A stretch of 64,000 nucleotides of DNA. It comes from Chrysomallon squamiferum (taxonomy: Eukaryota > Animalia > Mollusca). The stretch covers positions 31,806,001-31,870,000 of the forward strand of contig CM022671.1 of NCBI GenBank assembly GCA_012295275.1, given 5' to 3'. This document shows positions 43,582 to 55,500 of the stretch, one piece after another (the first letter of the stretch is position 1; each line of letters starts with the position of its first letter). The position numbers and the translations under genes are program-made. The notes under the pieces are model-generated. The model did not search any database. It was not told where the DNA came from and worked only from the letters and a program-made list of their open reading frames with translations.

Positions 43582-45889
43582 GAGAGAGAGAGACAGATGT
43601 TAACCAAAATGGTCGTTTTCAGTTGTGTTATACTTCCATTCATTCTCTTCCGAAAGCTGAAAAACAAAAAATTTATAATAATTTTAATTTGACATTCCAT
43701 TTGTTGCCAAAATAAGTATTCATTAAGATGGTTTTCTATCAGTTGTCCTTACAACATCAACCTTAGTCACTTATTTACATCATCAGTTTTTAACTGTGAC
43801 AATAAGAAATCAAAGAGAATGGATGATGGTTTATTTTTTTTATTTTTTTTTTTTAATATTATGGCAACTTTTAAATACTTTATTGAATCGTTAGAAATTT
43901 TTGGGTTGTTGTTGTTTTTTCCTACATTTCAGCAAAATCTTCATAAACTGGTTCTTTTGAGTATCACTTAATTAACGGCAAAGAATCGTCACGGAAGGAA
44001 GTTAGAAAATTCTTGACAAACTAAATATTGTGACAAGACTTAAACAATTTATCAAATTTTAAAACGTTTATTATTCATCATACTTTATTAGCAGAAAAGA
44101 TTGCTCAGCATGATATCTACATTAACATATCATCAAAGATACATTTCAAATTGCTTGCCCATTATTATCATCTGCTGTAGAGTTAATATCTACTTTTATT
44201 TTTATTCTCTTTAAAAATAATACAGTAAACCTCGCCTAAGTCGTCACTTTCGGGACCAAGATTTTTCTGACGACTTAGAGATATGATGAGTAATACTAAG
44301 TCGTCATAATGATGACTTACACGTAACTCGTCTTAACGACTACTTATACATGTTAGTAGGCAATATGACGACTTATCCTAGCGTCTTCTCTAATAAAAGC
44401 AGCCACAATAATACGCTGTCATCGGTGTTACACGTGTTCTGTGGTTCATATCTCTGGAGAATGTCCTTCAGGTTTCTATTTTCCAGTCAACTACTGCTGT
44501 ATTAACACCCCCAGATTCACCCTCTTTAAGCACTTTTCCAATTCCCCACCTTTCCTTAAAACGATCAGTCCAGCTGTCATTCAGTTTTTCACCATCCTTG
44601 TGACCAAGCTGCCTGGCAAAGCCTCGTGCTTTTTGAAGTAGCATTTCGCCATCGATACGAATTTCAGTTCTAGCAGCCATTTGTCGAAACCATTTAATTA
44701 GAGCGGAGTCGACATCTTCAAAAGCTCAACCTTCTCGATGGCCTCTTTAGATTTGTTGTGAGAGGAATCTTGAATTTCTCCGCCGTCAGACCCTTTTTCT
44801 CGCCAGGACTGACTTCACAATACTTAATTATTTCATATTTCTTCATATAAGGATTGGTATTAGCCGTCTCTTTCAGTTAGTCGCCATTTTGTACACTCAA
44901 AAAGTCACGAATATTTCCCAAATAATAATTTAATTCAACGCACCAATACACGAGGCAAGTCACGTGCATATCAATATCCAAAAGCACAGGGCTTGTTTAG
45001 ATCCGAGCCAATAGCGGGTTTAAACGAAACACTTTATTGTATGTACATAACAGTAGCTGCCGAGCGATTTCCCACAGACGACTTAGAGCTAGAAATTAAC
45101 TGCAGTTTATGTTACCTGGGACTAATCTTCAAGTGACGAGTTAGACAGGTATTTTTTATTGAAAATAATGTTACAAAAAATCGGGATTTTCGCTGAAGTG
45201 ACGCACTTTGACGACTTAAACGCAGACGATTTAGGCGAGGCTTACAGTAATAATAATAAAAACTTTATTACACATTTTTAGTTCTCTTTATTACTAGATA
45301 AATAAAACAATAATAAATATAAGGCCAGGATTAATTTATTTGTCACTTGATGGATCTACTGCTGATGCTTAAAATCTTGAAATGAAATATAAATGTAAAA
45401 AAGTGTTTTGGTCTTACAATTATATAAATAATATTATGATCAAATTCTTTTTTTTACAAAAAGAAAAATGTAAATTTTCAAATTGTCAAAAAAGTCATGG
45501 TTTAATTTTTACTTCCATGAACACAGATATGGTTGATACAATTTTGGAAAATAGGAATTATATTTACATCTCAAGCAACTGGGTTTATAAAAATTTCATT
45601 TGAAAGTAAACAAATCGGTAAATCTTAAATGAAAAAAAAGTCTAGCCTAATGAATGATCTATACATAACATTTTCATGATGGACTGAAATTTAAGAAACC
45701 AGAATATCAAAGCAAAATCGGATTCATATTCATAAAACAAAATAAATAATACATACTTTTACTTTGACAGAAAACAGACTGGCCAAAGCCTTTTTAATTA
45801 CGACAAGTTCCTTTTGGTCTTCTGGGTGAAAATGGACCAGATTAATTGATCCATCATCTGCAGTCTCAAACAGAAAACTGGGAGGAGGA

Positions 45890-45922
<33 letters not shown>

Positions 45923-45926
45923 TATA

Positions 45927-45970
<44 letters not shown>

Positions 45971-48640
45971 GTATATGTATATGTATATGTATGTTTCTGT
46001 TTTGTTTTAATATTCCATTACAGCTCATACAATAACTTTTGATATATATATATATATATATATATATACAGTGGTACCTAGACTTACGAGTTTAATGCGC
46101 TCCGTGACCGAGCTAGTATCTCAATTTGCTCGTATATCAAATCAATTTTCCCAACTGAAATTAACTGAAATACCATTAATCCATTCCAGCTTAGAAATTA
46201 TTTTAACGCCTTTGACTGGAGTTATAGTCTTTATTGACTCCTTCAGCTTCAGTTTAGTACATATCGTTGAAATACTACGATCGTACTAGCTTGTCAAGTC
46301 GACTATATGCACACCTTGCAATCGTAAGTCGAGGTGCCACAAATATATTTCTCGGTATATATATATATATCACCGAGAAATATATCAGCTATTGGTTGTC
46401 TAATCAAAGGTAAATATAACAAAATGATGTAGACTCTATATAAAAAATAAAATTAATTAAACAAAAGTGCATGTCTTCTGTCAGGACTGGTCATTTATAA
46501 AAGCACAATATTGCTCATATAAGATTCAAACTGATATGTAAAAAATGATATTTCATCTGGTCATACTCACTGTTTTGACAAGTCCCAGTTTTTTGGATTC
46601 TCTTGGACTAAAAAATTGAAAAACATTTATTGAGAATGTTTCTTTTTAAATGCAAATAGATATATGTATATAGACATGCACACAGAAAAACACCTATATA
46701 TAATAGACACACACACATTTTTTTGAGAGGGGTTGGGGGTATTTTTTCTTCTTTCTTTCTTTCTTCTCTCTTTTTCTCTCTATTAAATTTGTTTGTGTTT
46801 TTAATTTGTTTGGTTGATGTTTTTGAAATGAAATAATATTAGAAACAGCATCAATTAAATTAATTAAATTCAGTATTAATTAACTTACACAGTCCATCTG
46901 TTGTGAACTGGACAATGCTATCAACCTCCAAGGAATGCAGACGATGTCCTCTCTCTGTCTTGTTAACTGGACACACGTGAAACTGGGTAAAACCAAAAGA
47001 AACAGTAAACTTAATAAACATAGAATATAAGGAGAAATGCTGTACACTGTAACTCAGATATTAGAACACTGTGAAAATTCCATGTCAAATCACCCAGTGG
47101 TCTACCGCAATTGAAGATGGTAAGGTTAAAATTGTGGGGATAGTTTTCCAGTCCATCAATATCTAAAACAAAAACGTTTCAGCACCCTCCCATTTATCAG
47201 ACATCCGATATGTTAGTTTATTTCAACAGATTTTTGAAACCACATTCAACTTACACATGGACTATCCTAAGTTTTAATTTGTTTCATTGCAAAACTGAAT
47301 TTGCTGGCTCTGTTTTGTAATCGTGAATAATACTTTTGATAATGAATGACTTTGTAACTGAGATCTATCTCCTGCTATGATCTGTACACTGGAGTTGGAG
47401 TTCGAACGAACAAGCCACCGATCGTTCTCCTCTTTGGCAGGAAACATGTTCTCTTCCATTAACTCTGACCACACAGAAATAACTTCCATCAGTGAAGACT
47501 ACTGCGTGTCAACCATGTCGCTTGTACAGTCAGGGATCTTCTCGGTCTCAAACGGCAATTTTGAACAGCCAGTAAGAGTCCTATGTATAATCTAATCGCC
47601 CGGCCACTGTCTGTCGACTAACCCTAGGAGCAAAGACTTCACGGTGAGAAAACGAGTACCAGTCTTCAAGGGGCGTTGACACTCTGGATTTGTGATTCTT
47701 CCGATATAGAGAATCATCGGTCTCATGGGACCGAGATAAAGTGGATAGCAGCCTGCTGTACCATACTCACGGCTTGAATGTTCGTTTACGTTGTTCGGCA
47801 GTAATGTATGGATTTCCTATGGTGATTTTATTTTCATCGCTGTGGATGTGTGACATGAAGTCTAAATTATTTTTATACCCTAACATGGACGGGCATATTC
47901 TGTTGTTGTGTTTACACTCAGTGTTTTACAATGATTAGGTTTCATCTTGCTTTTCAGTCTTTCTGAAATTTCTGTAAAGTTTCTTTTTGCAATGGGTGTT
48001 ATTATGATGAAAAAAAAATGTAATGAAAATTCTTTGTGATTATAAGCTGCCTGACAAATAATACAACTGGGAGAAGATCTATTTTCACAACATTTGCTTC
48101 ATTAATAATTACAAGGTCTGCTCGAAATAGTCTGAGTATTTTAAATGCACATGTTAAAAAAAGATTGCTGGATGAATTCCCTTCATTCTTTTTTTTTTTT
48201 CTTTTGTTGTTGTTGTTCTTCTTCTTCTTTTCTTTTCTTGAGTGCTGTTTTTTCATTGAGGAATTTTTTATTATTTTTTTTCATTATGAGTTGAATTGTA
48301 TTATTATTATTATTATTATTATTGCTGGTTTGTTTGTTGTTGTTATTTTTTTGTTTGTTTTTTTCTTTTTGTTTTCTTTTTTAATTTACTTTATTATTTT
48401 ATACTATTTTTATTTTATCATTATTTTATAATTTTTATGATTTCTGAATGTATTAATAATATGATCCAATATGATCACATAAATTTTTTTTATATAAATT
48501 GTATGAATTTTTAAAATTTATTTTCTGGTTTTATTAATAAACGTGTGATTATATATTAATAAGATATTAATTAGGCTACTGAGCTGATACTTTTCAACAA
48601 TATAAAATATTTATCATATTTAAAAGAAATAAAAACAATG

Positions 48641-48674
<34 letters not shown>

Positions 48675-48699
48675 ACTACTACTACTACTACTACTACTG

Positions 48700-48743
<44 letters not shown>

Positions 48744-48975
48744 CAAATAAAATAAAATAAAAACAGCAAAACAAAACAACAGTAAAAGATAGATAAATAA
48801 GACGAGTCGAAACCTGCAGTTAACCTACCTTCAACACGGTGGTGATATTCTTCATACCAAATATATTGGAATTGGCGGAATACGTATAGTGGTGACTGAA
48901 ACCATCTTCAAAGAAAAATGCCACAAACTCTGGAACAAAAAGCAATATGCACACAAAGCATAAGCAATGCGCCAT
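4169..48975 (-). CDS. Gene A: giant (~4,850 aa, 47 exons) single-pass membrane protein; LLT/Vitellogenin_N + LECT2/M23-like + FN3-like repeats + PAN + cadherin-like + TM
   Basis: Hand-built exon chain in transcription order: 48829-48975, 46889-46982, 46571-46607, 45757-45877, 43605-43656, 41163-41263, 40923-41014, 40451-40497, 39878-39932, 39600-39663, 39145-39226, 38211-38497, 37894-37948, 37370-37510, 35888-36108, 35103-35233, 34498-34670, 33952-34097, 33325-33708, 32584-32726, 32233-32303, 31705-31853, 31367-31536, 30743-30923, 29290-29861, 28076-28398, 27029-27232, 25990-26166, 25063-25313, 24592-24766, 23544-23614, 23015-23172, 20573-21769, 19646-19740, 18681-19214, 17783-17960, 16829-17013, 14405-15093, 12789-14227, 9235-12473, 8584-8883, 7797-7919, 7417-7561, 6955-7096, 6376-6458, 4996-5948, 4169-4337. 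Intron phases match throughout, except a TG acceptor before exon 8 and a 1-nt shortfall in exon 44. Starts MAHCLCFVCILLFVPEFVAF (signal-like) and ends ...QLVPVEI*. Confidence 0.85.
4996..5948 (-). CDS. Gene A exon 46: cadherin-like/bacterial Ig (Big_9-type) domains + transmembrane helix
   Basis: KEDNILKASIEFVDAEGDELIFAIKTQPKHGTANVSLEGMLQYMPQQDFTGVDEIEISA...ITIRVDNVNDAP, then a second degenerate copy (DADANDSL...PNFTGSANVSFIIKD). These are followed by hydrophobic GLAAVIIAVIVVSGVTVLALIAAASF and basic RYYLKSRNK. Confidence 0.8.
8584..21560 (-). CDS. Gene A array of FN3/Ig-like repeats
   Basis: Recurrent unit D-x-T/S-P-P..G.V.DG...D.D.Q...W.GF.D.ESGI..Y...GT....DI...Y.V.V.A.N.AGL...SDG. Examples: IDRTPPVVGHVYDG...WIDFFDPESGIARFQWGVGT and VDKTSPVAGWIHDG...WDKFFDPESKI. 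Covers the ORF-track hits of 1070, 501, 393, 240 and 151 aa. Confidence 0.8.
15100..16540. repeat. Extremely AT-rich degenerate tandem repeat
   Basis: Recurring TATAAATATAATTTATTTTAAATACTTTTT-like units over ~1.4 kb, with very few G/C. Confidence 0.7.
17540..17705. repeat. Intronic minisatellite, 25-bp unit
   Basis: About 6 degenerate copies of CATGGATCCAGGACATCCACAGATA. Confidence 0.85.
18410..18665. repeat. Intronic minisatellite, 28-bp unit
   Basis: About 9 copies of CTGATTTCAAACTGAA(C/T)xATAxTTTTAA, abutting the exon 35 donor. Confidence 0.9.
20800..21020 (-). CDS. Gene A PAN/Apple domain within exon 33
   Basis: QCARKCIDYGKKCISFDYETHTETCDLHE matches the PAN core C-x3-C-xn-C-x-SF-x-Y-xn-C-x-L, followed by a Y..YER motif. 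Confidence 0.75.
22562..22714. repeat. Compound microsatellite (CA)n/(TA)n/(GA)n
   Basis: Read directly. Similar arrays: (ATT)n 178-241, (TTC)/(ATT) 20381-20445, (TA)/(TG) 43487-43578, (AAT)/(ATT) 45892-45970, (CTG)/(CTA)/(ATA) 48645-48740. Confidence 0.95.
29570..30860 (-). CDS. Gene A LECT2/peptidase-M23-like domain (exons 24-25)
   Basis: Spliced sequence RKGCDDTCGCGTY...TTPGVDL...IPCPVNAMV...VEASKNIG...SHIHVAM...LDPSPFL parallels LECT2 (R.CD..GCG.Y...H.GVD...APF.G...KG..IG...SHVH...DPT.YL). Confidence 0.7.
30060..30620. repeat. Degenerate tandem repeat
   Basis: Recurring CATATTTACATGTGCTTTG...ATGCATGAATGTATG...ATACAG units. Confidence 0.7.
35103..48975 (-). CDS. Gene A exons 1-16: signal peptide + large lipid transfer (Vitellogenin_N/MTP-like) module
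   Basis: LLT hallmark motifs appear in the expected order: FEDGFSHHYTYSA; FLFETADDGSINLVHFHPEDQKELVVIKKALASLF (cf. G.I..V....D....NIKKG..SLF); ENDHFG (cf. E.D..G); RRVYIDLVARAGD; LALGSLAK; LIHSLGNAA; RAAITALR; DEDETVR. Recognised by eye, no HMM run. Confidence 0.8.
37169..37291. repeat. Minisatellite, 32-bp unit
   Basis: About 4 copies of GATAGTCAAGACAGAATxTAATTAATTTAAAT. Confidence 0.8.
41747..42450. mobile_element. Non-autonomous hAT-like DNA transposon (MITE)
   Basis: Terminal inverted repeats CAGGGCTCGAAA / TTTCGAGCCCTA. A perfect 44-bp subterminal inverted repeat pairs 41861-41904 with 42393-42436. Flanks are TATATA-like and there is no credible transposase. Confidence 0.7.
42465..43488 (+). 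mobile_element. Decayed Tc1-family (DD34E) transposon
   Basis: Transposase C-terminal half is recognisable: FGGGSVMVWAAISYTGRTNLVHIQGNLTAKKYRDEILQPH...NARPHTAR...LPWPSKSPDLNPIEHLWD...RRCQAVLDSLGGHTRY*, with stops and deletions. Imperfect TIRs AAAAAAGAAACGCA / TGCGTTTCTTTTTT sit in a TA context. Confidence 0.9.
44223..45247 (-). mobile_element. Internally deleted Tigger/pogo transposon
   Basis: TA-flanked TIRs CAGTAAACCTCGCCTAAGTCGTC / GACGATTTAGGCGAGGCTTACAG. The minus ORF 44468-44680 encodes a CENP-B-type HTH (IDGEMLLQKARGFA...SWTDRFKERWGI...GES). Confidence 0.88.
46069..46342. mobile_element. Tigger-like MITE
   Basis: TIRs CAGTGGTACCTAGACTTACGA / TCGTAAGTCGAGGTGCCAC, inserted next to a (TA)n run. 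Its left ~120 bp is an inverted match to 50970-51072. Confidence 0.75.
47250..47800 (-). mobile_element. Highly decayed Tc1-like transposase remnant in gene A intron 1
   Basis: Minus-strand fragments VSRQTVAGRL (cf. VS..TV.RRL) and VVFTDGSYFCVVRVNGREHVSCQRGER (cf. V.FTDES.F....DGR..V.R..GER), interrupted by stops. Boundaries are approximate. Confidence 0.6.
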
Positions 48976-49583
48976 TGCTGACAGCTAGTAGGCACTTGAA
49001 ATCTTTTTTTTTTACCGATATATCTTTTAAATAACGCTTCTTAGTTTGTCAGAAAACATATAACTGGTTTTCTACCAGAAAGAAATTTCAACAACATAAT
49101 GGTTTAAAATAGACTGCAGACTGTTTCAATAAAACTTTCTTTTGAATCTTTTATTTTGAACACGTTGCCAAAATAAACGCTCATTTCAAACAGTACTGGT
49201 TGTCACATTCGATAATGAATCATATATATAACAAATGAATAATAAGAAAGAAAGAAAGAAAATAAATAAAAATCTACGAGATGACGCCCTGACGACGGTG
49301 CATTATCATTATAATCATAATCTTGCGTGAATAGTCATGTTTCGTATCAGCAATAACAATTTTTCAAATTAAGATAAATCAAAACTATGACCTTGTAGGT
49401 AAGTGGTTTAATATTAAATATACGGTTTCAATATATCTGAAACTAACAAAGCATGAGCCATTAAAAGTGTACAAACAGCTACTATTCAGAATTCGGAAAG
49501 ATAAAAAGAACAGAAAACAGTCTGTGAAATCTGTCGTCAATATAAACCAGGGAGGGGTTTAAGTCACCACTTAAGATTCGAAA
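48976..49583. promoter_or_regulatory. Putative bidirectional promoter / 5'UTRs between genes A and B
   Basis: 608 bp separate the divergent ATGs (48975 minus, 49584 plus). CpG is visibly more frequent than in the introns, and tandem TGACG half-sites lie at ~49282-49295. Transcription starts were not determined. Confidence 0.6.
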
Positions 49584-52500
49584 ATGTTCCGGTTAAAATT
49601 GAACGCTGTTTTATTCGTTATCATCTTTATAGATCAAGGTAAGACAAACATTTGAATACAGTTTATTTATTTATTTTTGTTTTGTTTTGTTTTTTCTTGA
49701 AAAAGATAACTGCATATGCTTCGCATTTCAAAATATTATTTTAAATATCGGGAATGTGCGTATCTAAATAAGATTCCCCCCCCCTTTTGTTATGCCTGTT
49801 TATTAGCCTTTATTCTTTTAACAAAACACTAACATTCAACTGTAATTTTTATTTTTTATTTTTTTTTTTTTTTTTATTATTATTATGATCTTTTTTTTCT
49901 CTCTCTCTTTTTTTTTTGACGACTGATGTTGATTACATTTACTGTGGCGTAAAATGCTTAATTTCTCTTTGATCACGTTTATTATTAATCTACACATTTT
50001 AGGATTGACTGTACAATATAGAGTTACTATAAATTCTACTAATATATCTGGAGCTGAAATCGACGCGTGTATGGATATAGAATTCCGTGGACCCTATAAA
50101 AACAGTGGATGGCATTGGAGTTATTGCAGTGGATGGCATTGGAGTTATTGCTGTGGACGGTATCGGAGTTATTGCTGTGGACGGTATCGGAGTTATTGCT
50201 GTGGATGGTTTTATCATCGATGCAGTTCTGAAAGAGAATGTATTACTCATCATTATGTAAGCTAGATATATCTTTGTAACTCACATTTTGATTAATTTTT
50301 ATCTTATTTTATTATCATATTTATTATAATTTACATTTTTAAATTTTTATATTTTATTTATTTATTTGTTTTATGTTCTTAAATAAATCACACTGGAAAA
50401 TCATCATACAAAATAATTGTTACATCCTTCTAATTTTATTCCTCAGCCTCTATTTTTATTATTTATATATTTATTTATCTATTTTGCCAAAGAAAGCATA
50501 ATATCTGTATCTAAAAACAAAGAAATTTAAAAATGTTTGTCCTTTAAATAAACTAACGTTATATTATGTTAAATTTATTATGAAAAGCAAAAACCAAATT
50601 AATGTGCAGTTTATTAATAATGATTTATTTATCTATAGTCATTAATTTATTAAAGCATCCACTCACAGAAAAACACGAGCGAGGTGTGAATGTAGTCAAC
50701 TTGGCTAGGCAGTACGAAAATAGTACTTCTACAATATGTACCATACTGAAACAGAAGGTGTTGATAAAAACTATAACTCCAGCAAAAGGCGTCAAAATAA
50801 TTTCTAAGCTGCAGTCCTCTGTCCATGAAAAGATGGAGAAACCCTAACCCTGTTCACTTTACAAAACCAATTTATTTCTTTACATTCTATTTTATTTTGT
50901 TTTTATAGATTATTTATAATTTTAAAAACATGTTTCAAAAAATTGAGGTATTTTTGGGGAAGCTTAAATGGTTTAATGATATTTCAGTAAATTTCAGTTG
51001 GGGAAAATGTATTTGATATATGAACAAACTGAGTTACAAGCTTGGCCACAGAATGACTTAAACTCGTAAGTCAAGATCAATGTACCACTGTAGATCCAAA
51101 ACTTGACCAGCTCATAACTATACTGGTATTAGAGAAACTGTAGAAAGCATGCACAATTTAAGTTTGTTTTTGAGTTCATGATTATTCTACTTAAAGTTCC
51201 ATTTATCCAATATACATTTAAAGTTCAGTTGGTTTGAGAGTCGTGCTGAACCCCCAACTGCCATCAGCTTTAGCAGCTTCTGCAAAATATCCTCCATAGC
51301 AAATGACGTTTTGTCATTCACATTTACAACAAAAACTACCTTTCATTACTCTGCCCCAACACTTTCTGAAGGAAAATACGTTCATATTTATCATCACACA
51401 TCGCATCAACCTGAGTAATATGTTCAAAGACTTGATTTCCCAGAAACATTGAGAACAACATCTCAAACCGGGATAACCTCATCATCAGACAACCCATTTA
51501 CAAAAGAATTAATCTATTAGCCAAAAACCTTGCTTAATTATTTTGATGAAGAAAAAAATTACTGATGGCTGAGCAGCTGACAATATAAAGGAACAATAAT
51601 CACAATTAAGATAAACTTTTTGATCATTCAAATTATATATTACTATTTAAAGATGTACCAGTCATTAGTAATATGTAGTTTAATCATCGAATACCAAGCT
51701 ATGTTTTACTTTTTAAGAAAGTTATTATGAAGAAGGGTTGCTTGATACATGTCACTTAGGTTAGCTGTTTTTTGTCACAATCTTTGTATATATCCTGGGG
51801 TATATATACATTCTATGAAAATAATCTATGCTGAAAACCACTTTCTCTGCCTTCAGGTAACAACAGATAAATTCATTATAATCTCTGTTATTTTCAAACA
51901 AATGCACTTACCTTCTATTAGTATTTTTACTATGGAGTGCAATAATTTAAACTTTGTGAAAATCATCATCATGTGTTTCCTTTGTCTTAAACTTCATTAC
52001 TTAGTTACCCAAGAATAGTAATGCAATTAGCTTCTGACAGATGGCAGCACTATTCACTGATTTTAGTTCTGAAGGTAATGGGGATGAATGTATCAACTAA
52101 CCTAGGATATCAACTAACCTGCCTCTCTCCTACAGTTTCAGTACAATAATTTAAAAAGCTGATTTAACTGAAAACAATAAAAATGACTGTCTCTAGGTTT
52201 TACTCATTTTAAATTATTCAGGTAGACACAGAGGATGTTGGACCTATCCTCAGCATTGGCTTGAAAATGAATAATAAAGGGGCAGTTCCTGATTGGCATA
52301 TCAATTATGTAAGTATAGTACATTTGCAATGAAAAATATTCATATATTTTAGTCACTGGCATATACTGTGTTCTCTGCGCCTAGAGGTGAATACAATTTT
52401 GGTGCCCCATTTAACCTACCCCTCAAATTAGTGTTTTATGACATATTATTCTCTGAAAAAAAGAATCAGTTACCACTTTTCTAGGCATAAAAAGAGACTC

Positions 52501-55500
52501 AATGTGAAAGAAACGAGGCTGTTATAGACAAGGTGTACATAATATCAACAGGCTTTTGTTTTGCTTTTTTTTTTAAATAATCTAATTTAAATTTGGATCC
52601 TTTTACTGCTGTGCACAGGAGCAACTGTCCCTTCTCCCTCTTTGCTACATGTCACAGTGCTAATGCCTAAAGGTCTTGTTATCATGTCTAGTGATTAAGA
52701 ACATTATGAAGGGATTGGTAAATTTTAAATTGTGGCAGTAATATATATATATAAAGGTTTTGCAGCATCTATGGAAACATTATAATATTTTACCAATTGG
52801 CCTATAATCTGGTCTAAAACTGAATAGACAAACTTTTATTTTGATTTATAATATCAGTAAATTAAATTTGAAGAAACAAGTAATGATGATGATAAGGATA
52901 AATTGAATTCTTCAAGAAAATATTGAAGTACTTGAAGACTATTTGAACACCAGAATCCATTTTTTAACAAGATCATCTTATTTGGTAATGTCTGTTTCAG
53001 GTTTATGTCTACAAGAATGGAACACAATACAACTTCCCCTGCTGTTGCTGGGTGAAAGAGACATCCATCTCAGCCAGTAAGTGAAATTAGAGCATTAAAT
53101 CTGTTTTGATATTAACATTGAAATGGTGAATTTTAAACAATTTCATAACATGTTCAGTAATAATTTTGAATATAAACAAAAATTAATTACTTGAAAATAA
53201 TTGTCATGAAGATATAATTTATATTCACAGATATTTAAAATGTAACTTTGATCAGGATTGGATTAATACAGTATAAAAAAATTGGATTAACTTCTAGTAA
53301 TAAAAACAATGAAAATTATTAATTTGTTTCTTCCTATGACCAACCAAAGCTTATAACAAAATATTACTTTGAAATATCAGGCATCAATTTAAAATGACAG
53401 TATCAATGAATATATTCTTTAGTGTACATTTGAACCAAAATTAAATATTTTTTTTCTGGAAATGCAAAATAACATTTACACAGCTAACTGATCTATAAAC
53501 TGTTGGATAATTAAAAAATATATATATTTTGGTTAAATGATTTTAGAAAAGAGTTAATTTTAAAAAGTGTCATTCAGTACTCAGAAAAAAAAGGCAAATA
53601 AACACACACAACTGTGCACACTCTTACACCACTTATTCACACATATACATGCACACACAACAACCAACATACACATACATACTTACACTCCATACACATA
53701 TACACACACAAATACTTTTAACATAAAACTCATGAACACTGTGTGACAACAATAGAAAGATTAGTCTTTATATGCCTGTTACACTACTATTTGTATCTGT
53801 ATCATTGTTGTTATTTTTAAAAATGTCAAAAATAAATGCCACATCTGTGCCAAGCAGAAGATGTTAATGCATTGACAGTGATAAAGGATATTATGGTTCA
53901 GTCTGTACAGGTGTTGATGAATGAATATATACTGGTTTACAATCTTATATAACCATTAATACTGGAAGAAAGATTTTGTACTATTTTCTCAACCACAGAC
54001 AATACAATATTTTTTTGCAGATGCAATCATATAAGCTATTAATGTTTCCATTATGTTTTTATTAATTGTGGTAATTATAGGATATATATTTTACTTATTT
54101 TGTCTTAAAAATAAATGGCATTGTCTGTACATGATGACTATACTGAATTTTATAAATATATATATATATATATATATATGTTTATTTTTTGTTTCTTTTT
54201 TTTGTTTGTTTCAGGCAATCACAGTATATATCACTGTGATAAAGACGTCTGCAGTTCCCGTGATGATGTAAGATCCAAACTTGAGTATTCTTTGTACACA
54301 CTGACAGACAATAGGACATGTTCAGGTGAATATCAGGACTTACTTTCATTATTTCTTAAAGAATTAGCTTCATATTTATGGAGTACCACACTCCATTTTC
54401 ATCAATTTACATCATCACCAGTTTAATTTCTTATGTACAATTTGAAAAATACTTACAAAATTCACATACAAGATCATTTCTTTATAAGAATACATGTACC
54501 AGATCATTTATATATAATAGAGGTACCAGATCATTTATATATAATACAGGTACCAGATCATTTATATATAATACAGATTCCAGGCTATTTATATAAATTA
54601 CAGATAACCAAAAAAAAGAAATAATAAGAATATAATTATAAAAATAATATTTATATAATATAGGTAATATACCTTTATATATATATAGTATCAGACCATT
54701 TATATATAATACTGGTATCAAACCATTTACATATAATGCAGGTACCAGGCCATGTATATATAATATAGTTAGCAGACCATTTATGTATAATACAGATACC
54801 AGACCATTTATATATAATACAGGTATCAGATCATTTATGTATAATACAGACTATTATATATAATATCGATACCAAAATATTTATGTATAATACAGGTACC
54901 AGAAGATTTATATAATAATATAAATAACAGATATTTATATACAATGCAAATACCAGACTATTTATATTTAATACAGGTACCAGATCATTTATATGTAATA
55001 AAGATACCATTGATCTGGCAAGTTTGAGACTGCAGGTAATCAGGAATTCCAGATTTTCTGATTTTCTATGCCATGGCTTAATACATACTTAAGATATAAA
55101 ATAAACAACAAAAAGTAAAGAATGTAGTTATATTTTAAAGATATACATTTTTACACTCTTAAAGCTTATATTTTGCAAGCTGGATAAAAGGTTGGTGTCT
55201 GCATATTAAATGAAATAATAAAGATAAACATGAGATTAAGATAAATTTAAAATTTAGTTTGCCAACAATACAACATTACTTTTAGATTACTTGTGTGACA
55301 ACATTCTTACAGCATCTATGTAACCATTAGAATATTTTAAAAATATATCTTCAAGATAATAGATAAAATTAATATAGTCAGATTAGGCAGAGATGGAAAT
55401 GATCACAGGAAAATGTGTTCAAAACATAAATTACGTTGAAATGGGATTTTAAAAATAAACATTAAGTAAAACAAGAGTTCCAGTTAAAAAGTCAGTGATA

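Noticed and set aside
47274-47938. GC-richer patch in intron 1 as a nested gene or alternative promoter
   Set aside because: Better explained by degenerate Tc1 transposase motifs on the minus strand.
35103-48975. Naming gene A vitellogenin, apolipophorin or MTP
   Set aside because: Only the N-terminal module is shared. No vWD domain is seen, and the FN3 stalk and TM anchor do not fit those families.
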